From assembly GCA_000585015.1 (NCBI GenBank), contig JFAX01000001.1:64110-128109 (forward strand): 64,000 nt of DNA, read 5' to 3'. The notes beneath the pieces were generated by a model. It did not search any database and had not been told where the DNA came from. It was given only the letters and a program-made list of their open reading frames with translations. This document shows positions 59,262 through 64,000 of this stretch, piece by piece. Both the position numbers and the translations under genes were made by a program. Position 1 is the stretch's first letter. Each line of letters begins with the position of its first letter. This DNA comes from Candidatus Accumulibacter adjunctus. Its GTDB lineage: Bacteria; Pseudomonadota; Gammaproteobacteria; Burkholderiales; Rhodocyclaceae.

Positions 59262-60434
59262 TCAGTCATCTCCAGGGACCGCTCCGAAACCGCCGCCAGA
59301 AATGGCGAAGATCCTGGCCGTCACGCCTCGTGCCCGCAGCCTGTCGATCACTGCTGGGTGGTACTGCTCACTCAAGGTGAGTATTATCGGTCGCGTGTTT
59401 CCGAAGATCCTGTCGTTCGGCCGATCTATTGTCAGCGGGGTATTCGGCATCAGTCGACCCTGGACCACGGGGTTGTCATCCACTATGGAGATGCGGTCAT
59501 ACCATCCTGCCCGGAAGTCGGACGCATACAGCAAGGCTGTAGCCGACAAGCCGGCGCCATAGAGAATCACGCCCTCGTCGCTGCCATCAATGAAAGCGCA
59601 GACCTGAGCGATCACCTGTCTCAGGGATGCGATTCTTGCGCCAGGATCGTAGCTGCTGCCGGATCTGCGGCAAAATGCGCAGATCAGACTGGGCTCGCTG
59701 GCACCGTTCAAGAAACGGATCTCGAAGCCGTGACCGGTGATCATTGCCGCGAGGGAGTTGCGACAGAAATAGTGCGGGTGTTCGTGCGCGAACATGTTCA
59801 GAACCCCGAGCCGCAGGAAGTGCTCGGCGTTCGGCACCTGCATGATCGCGATGCCATCGATCTTGAGATTCACGTGCAGCTGCTCGAAGAACGCGTCGAC
59901 ATCCACGATATGCTCGAGATTGAAGCGCGAAACAATGCAATCAAAATCTCCAGCTATCGGGGTAAGACCATAATAACCATCGATGAAATGCACATCGCCG
60001 CCTTGCCTGGCCCCCGGGTTGACCGCTGTGCAGCGGTATCCCTGGTCGAGAAAGTATTTCATCTGCTGCACGTCATCGCAACCTATTTCCAGAAGGCTGC
60101 GTCTGCCCGGGGGGCAGAATACTGGCAGCAACCTGTCGAACGGCTCGCGATAAAAGACATTCAAGGTTTCGAGTGCCTTGAATGGATAGAGGTTGTAGTA
60201 GTCAGCGTACAGTCTCTCGACAAAACCAGGGTCGATGCGTGTCAGGAATACGTGCTGACAGGCAGAGCAGGCCGCTGCGTGGACTTCTCGTGCCGGCACA
60301 TCGGTTGCACGAGTACGTTCCACCGGGAATAGAATCGCGGGCAACTCGCCGCCGCACGGGATCTGGATGATCGCCGAGGAGCCGCAGGCAGGACACGCGT
60401 TCCTGCCGATCAGGTTGGACGTGGCTCTAGCCAT
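59262..60434 (-). CDS. class I SAM-dependent methyltransferase with N-terminal Zn-ribbon (architecture of NDP-sugar C-methyltransferases)
   Basis: 390 aa. Cys pairs CPACG...CSACQH, SAM motif LLEIGCDD, FDCIVSRFNLEHI, plus a C-terminal domain of about 120 aa. Confidence 0.7.
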   Translation of the reverse strand: MARATSNLIGRNACPACGSSAIIQIPCGGELPAILFPVERTRATDVPAREVHAAACSACQHVFLTRIDPGFVERLYADYYNLYPFKALETLNVFYREPFDRLLPVFCPPGRRSLLEIGCDDVQQMKYFLDQGYRCTAVNPGARQGGDVHFIDGYYGLTPIAGDFDCIVSRFNLEHIVDVDAFFEQLHVNLKIDGIAIMQVPNAEHFLRLGVLNMFAHEHPHYFCRNSLAAMITGHGFEIRFLNGASEPSLICAFCRRSGSSYDPGARIASLRQVIAQVCAFIDGSDEGVILYGAGLSATALLYASDFRAGWYDRISIVDDNPVVQGRLMPNTPLTIDRPNDRIFGNTRPIILTLSEQYHPAVIDRLRARGVTARIFAISGGGFGAVPGDD

Positions 60435-61479
60435 AGTAGTGCTCCGTCAGGTTTCTGAGGATCAGCCCTTTGCCGTACGCGAAACCGACATCCAACTTTT
60501 CCTGCAGCAAGTGCCTGCGTATCAGAAGGTCCGGTTCGTTATACCCAACCATGGCGCGCAGTGAGGTGGTTCCGGAGAACCTGGGGTTGATCTCGAAGAC
60601 CTGGACCACGCCCCGGACCAGGCGGCACTGTATGTTCAAGGGGCCTCTGGCACCGATCGCCACGGCGATCGCCCTGCACTGATCGGAAACAATCGGGAAT
60701 CTGTCGATCTCGCCCTGGCTGATTCCCGAGCTGATGACCAGGCGCGGTCCAAGCTCTGCTTTTCCGGTCGTGTTAGCGACGCTCGTTCGAATGCTGAGCT
60801 GCCCGGTCAACGAGCGCTTGACTGCGATCGCATTGATGTATTCTCCATCCATGTCGTGGAGTACCCCGACCGTGTACTCGGCATCAGGAGTCCCGACGTA
60901 CTCCTGGATGAAGAACTTGATGTCATTGGCGCCGAGGTTGAGGAACTGCGCCAGCCCGTCCAGCTCGCGCGCGTTCCGCGCGATATAGACGTTGCTCGAA
61001 CCGCCTCCTCCGAGTGACGGCTTCACGACCACCGGGAACCAGTCAATCGCCGCCAAATCGGTAGTCACGTCAACGACGGCGAAGCGAGGAGCGGCAAACC
61101 CAAGTTCCAGCAGGCGCCTGTTGGTCTTCTCCTTGTCCATGCACAGGTCGATCACAGCGGTCGGGTTGACCGGCAGGAAAACACCCTGCTCTTCAATTTC
61201 TCGTCGATGTCTGGCGAAGAGCCTCAATTCGGGTTCACAACCGTGAAAGAGGACCTGTATCCGGTGGCGTGCGATCAGGGCGAAAAGCTCATCCATGTAG
61301 GTTGGCGAACTGGCAAGCGGCAGCACAGCGCGCTCGTGCACCATATCGAACTGCGGACAGGCGGGATTGGCGTCGGCTCCGACGATCCAGTAGAGTTCAT
61401 TCTTGGCGAGCCGCAGGGCTTTTAGGATCTGTTCTCCGTGGCCGCCACCGCCCATCGCCGTAACCAGAATCCTGATCAT
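60427..61479 (-). CDS. ATP-grasp domain protein (carboxylate-amine ligase-like)
   Basis: Trimmed to the ATG at 61479 (MIRILVTAMGGGG), which overlaps the upstream stop (ATGA). Has VVKPSLGGGGSSNVYI, FIQEYV and EINPRFSGT. Confidence 0.8.
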   Translation of the reverse strand: MIRILVTAMGGGGHGEQILKALRLAKNELYWIVGADANPACPQFDMVHERAVLPLASSPTYMDELFALIARHRIQVLFHGCEPELRLFARHRREIEEQGVFLPVNPTAVIDLCMDKEKTNRRLLELGFAAPRFAVVDVTTDLAAIDWFPVVVKPSLGGGGSSNVYIARNARELDGLAQFLNLGANDIKFFIQEYVGTPDAEYTVGVLHDMDGEYINAIAVKRSLTGQLSIRTSVANTTGKAELGPRLVISSGISQGEIDRFPIVSDQCRAIAVAIGARGPLNIQCRLVRGVVQVFEINPRFSGTTSLRAMVGYNEPDLLIRRHLLQEKLDVGFAYGKGLILRNLTEHYYG

Positions 61480-62216
61480 GAATTGCTCGCTTTCTTGGCT
61501 TCTATGACCGTCCCGGCCAGCGAAGCCGCTCGCCGAGCGAAAAGACGAAGGACTGATGGGTGTACCAGACTCAGCGAATCCGCCGGCAGGCAAGCCAGCG
61601 ACTTGCTGATGTCGAAACGATACAGGCGCGCTTCCTCGTTCGCCGGCTCGAAGGTCGCGAACGAACCATAGCGCCCATCATCCCGCGGCAAACCACAGCT
61701 TCCCACGTTGACGAATGTGGTGCCGCCTACCATGCGGATGAATGGGTAGTGGCTGTGCCCCATGAAGACGAATCTCTCCCTGAGGACGAATCGGCTGAGA
61801 TCGCTGTCGGGGTACAGATACTCGTTCGTGAAATCCGCCGGACTGCCGTGTACAAACAGCAGTTCCGTCTGGCCATCGGAGTGCCGACAGTGCGTCGGCC
61901 AGGATCGAATGAACGCCGCCTGCCGCCAGGTCAAGCGATTCCGGATGAGCTGATGCCGGTATAATGGTTCGCGTTCCGGATCCATGGCGCCCTTCAGCAG
62001 GAGATCCTCATGGTTGCCGAGAACGCAGCTAACCGTCGTTCCCATCCGTTCCAGTTCGCTGATCACTTCGACGGTCGGAAAGTATCCCACGGCATCGCCA
62101 AGAAAGTAGAATCGTCGTGCGCCGAGCTGCCGCAAATGATCGATGGCCGCACGAAAGGCGGCGGTGTTGCCGTGGGCGTCCGACAGGATCCCGATCACAG
62201 GTATGCCTTCATCCAC
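61476..62216 (-). CDS. metallophosphoesterase (YfcE/MJ0936-like)
   Basis: Motifs SDAHGN, GDAVGY, GNHE, VHGSP and GHSH. GTG start at 62216. An alternative GTG at 62198 forms a GTGA overlap with the AsnB-like 3 stop. Confidence 0.85.
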   Translation of the reverse strand: MDEGIPVIGILSDAHGNTAAFRAAIDHLRQLGARRFYFLGDAVGYFPTVEVISELERMGTTVSCVLGNHEDLLLKGAMDPEREPLYRHQLIRNRLTWRQAAFIRSWPTHCRHSDGQTELLFVHGSPADFTNEYLYPDSDLSRFVLRERFVFMGHSHYPFIRMVGGTTFVNVGSCGLPRDDGRYGSFATFEPANEEARLYRFDISKSLACLPADSLSLVHPSVLRLFARRAASLAGTVIEAKKASNS

Positions 62217-64000
62217 GCTTCGACGTTCAGCAGCGACCAGATCAACAGGCGCTGATTCTCTTCACCTCGCATGTGCTGCTCTATCATCGGTACCAATGCC
62301 TTGCCGTCGAGGACGTCGTAGATGCGTGCGCTCCTGTCCAACAGGCTGCGTTTGACGAAATCAATGCTTTCGCCTTTGAACCAGCTGGCGTCCGGTCCGG
62401 AGAAACCCTGCTTCAGGCCACCGGTGATCGAGTCCGGAATGTGTCTGGCCATCACGTCCCTGAGGATCTGTTTGCCATCGCGTGTGCGCTCGAAATACCT
62501 CGACGATTTGGCTCCCGGCTCGTTCTCGTTCATCCGGACCACCTCGGAGAGGTTGTTGAGTTTCAACGAGACCGGGCAGCGCATGGCAAACTCCACCAAT
62601 TCGTTGTCGAGAAACGGTACCCGACTCTCGAGACCGTGCGCCATGCTGAGCTTGTCCTCAACGATCAGCAACCCATGCAGGAACGTCTTGGCCTCGAAAT
62701 ACAGAGAGTGGTTGATGTAGTCGACCGGAGAATAGAGACTGTCTGAATGATGTTTGAAAACATCACGAAAGATATCGCGTGTCCAGACGTGCCGCACGTC
62801 GCCCCAGATCGGTGCGAAGACCTCGCGCAGGCGCTGGTTCGGCATCAGCCTCTGCCAGAACTGGTAGTACTTGTCGATGTATCGCTCGAAATCATCATTG
62901 ACCACGGCCCGATAGTAACGCCATGGGTAACCGCCAAACAGTTCGTCACCACCTGCTCCGGAGAGGACCACCTTGACGAACTTTGACGCAAGTTGTGCTG
63001 CGTAGTAGTTCGGATAGCTCTGGCCGACACGCGGCTCCTCAAGATGCCAGGCGAGCCGGGGCAGGACACGCTCCATGTCGCCCGCTTTCAGTACCATCTC
63101 GTAGTGCTCGGTCTTGAAGCAATACGACATGTACTCGGCCTTGCTCCGCTCGTCGAACGCCAGTTCGAGGCCGGAAGCCGAGTTGAGATCGAAGCCGCAG
63201 GTGAAGGTCTTCATGTATGGGTAAGACTGCGCCGCGACGGCGGTGATCGAGCCCGAGTCCATGCCCCCGCTGAGGTAGCTGCCGAGTTCCACATCCGTGA
63301 CCAGTTGACGATTGACCGCCTGTCGGAAGAGGCGATCCAGCTCGCCCTCGTAGGCCATTTTGTCCACCTTGCCCGATGGTTCACGGAAATCGAAGTCCCA
63401 GTACTGAGAGAATTTCAGGTGAGGAGTCGCGCTCGCGAAGTCGAGCAGGGCGTAGTGGCCAGCCGGACACAACCTGAGGTTCTGCAGCAGGGTCCTGTCG
63501 GTGAAGATGTTCTGGAACGTGAAGTACTCGAGCAAGGCCTCCCGGTCAAGTTGCCGCGGGAATCCCGGCTGGGCGATGATCGCCTTCTGCTCGGATGCAA
63601 ACGCCAGGGTGTTTCCGACCACCGCATAGTACAGAGGCTTCACCCCATAGCGGTCTCGTGCCAGCATGAGCCTTCGTTCATGCCGGTCCCACAAGGCGAA
63701 AGCGAACATGCCGTTGAGGCTGGCGAAGGCCAGTGGTCCCCAGGCGGCGAGCGCGTTCAGGACGACCTCGGTATCCGACTGCGAGCGAAAACGGAAACCC
63801 TCGGCTTCAAGATCGGCGCGCAGCTCCCGGTAGTTGTATATCTCCCCGTTGTAGGCAATGACGTAACGATGGTCCGCGGAGAGCATCGGCTGATGCGCCG
63901 CGGTCGAGAGATCGATGACTGCCAGCCGGCGGTGTCCCAGCCCGACGCAACCGTCGGTCCATTGTCCCTCGCCGTCAGGTCCGCGATGTGCGATGGCGTC
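62195..64000 (-). CDS. asparagine synthase family glutamine-hydrolysing amidotransferase (AsnB-like 3), partial (N-terminus beyond window end)
   Basis: The frame stays open to position 64000. Hand translation upstream of the track ORF reads ...AHRGPDGEGQWTDGCVGLGHRRLAVIDLSTAAHQPM, which is glutaminase domain. Also has YNGEIYNY and the PP-loop SGGMDSG. Confidence 0.88.
   Translation of the reverse strand, partial: DAIAHRGPDGEGQWTDGCVGLGHRRLAVIDLSTAAHQPMLSADHRYVIAYNGEIYNYRELRADLEAEGFRFRSQSDTEVVLNALAAWGPLAFASLNGMFAFALWDRHERRLMLARDRYGVKPLYYAVVGNTLAFASEQKAIIAQPGFPRQLDREALLEYFTFQNIFTDRTLLQNLRLCPAGHYALLDFASATPHLKFSQYWDFDFREPSGKVDKMAYEGELDRLFRQAVNRQLVTDVELGSYLSGGMDSGSITAVAAQSYPYMKTFTCGFDLNSASGLELAFDERSKAEYMSYCFKTEHYEMVLKAGDMERVLPRLAWHLEEPRVGQSYPNYYAAQLASKFVKVVLSGAGGDELFGGYPWRYYRAVVNDDFERYIDKYYQFWQRLMPNQRLREVFAPIWGDVRHVWTRDIFRDVFKHHSDSLYSPVDYINHSLYFEAKTFLHGLLIVEDKLSMAHGLESRVPFLDNELVEFAMRCPVSLKLNNLSEVVRMNENEPGAKSSRYFERTRDGKQILRDVMARHIPDSITGGLKQGFSGPDASWFKGESIDFVKRSLLDRSARIYDVLDGKALVPMIEQHMRGEENQRLLIWSLLNVEAWMKAYL

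Overview
This is a high-GC proteobacterial chromosome segment. The gene order LysM-def-fmt-rsmB-DUF4390-ntrY/ntrX-like-trkA-trkH-hemE-priA looks betaproteobacterial; that is inference, since no search was possible. From 1 to about 37.6 kb the window is core housekeeping. It holds def, fmt, rsmB and rpsT, a sensor kinase/response regulator pair, trkA/trkH, hemE and priA. It also holds a Ppx/GppA phosphatase, a ROK sugar kinase, a pcm-like methyltransferase, TolC, the LPS core genes waaA/waaC, manC and rfbB. A methylmalonyl-CoA/propionyl-CoA module follows: GntR, crotonase, mutase, MeaB, PccB and PccA, closed by a strong terminator. From 37.6 kb to the window end (more than 26 kb) every gene is on the minus strand. 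Many of these genes are joined by ATGA/GTGA start-stop overlaps, and base composition is visibly lower and patchier. This block is an ABC-transporter-dependent glycan assembly locus and is the most interesting part of the window. It contains three AsnB-like glutamine amidotransferases alternating with three copies of an uncharacterised ~430-aa CgeB-like unit. It has one Wzm permease with two different Wzt-like ATPases. One glycosyltransferase-like protein carries a 12-nt tandem repeat. A sugar-tailoring block comprises WbqC, a formyltransferase-GNAT fusion, a NodB-like deacetylase, a Zn-ribbon methyltransferase, an ATP-grasp enzyme and a metallophosphoesterase. Smaller points are a DnaA-box cluster with an AT-rich tract in the hemE-priA spacer and a decapitated nucleotidyl cyclase remnant at the locus boundary. 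I recognised no rRNA, tRNA, CRISPR, transposase or integrase. All functional calls rest on motif recognition in the supplied translations and on hand translation. Start codons were adjusted by eye using homology, Shine-Dalgarno-like sequences and neighbour overlaps.
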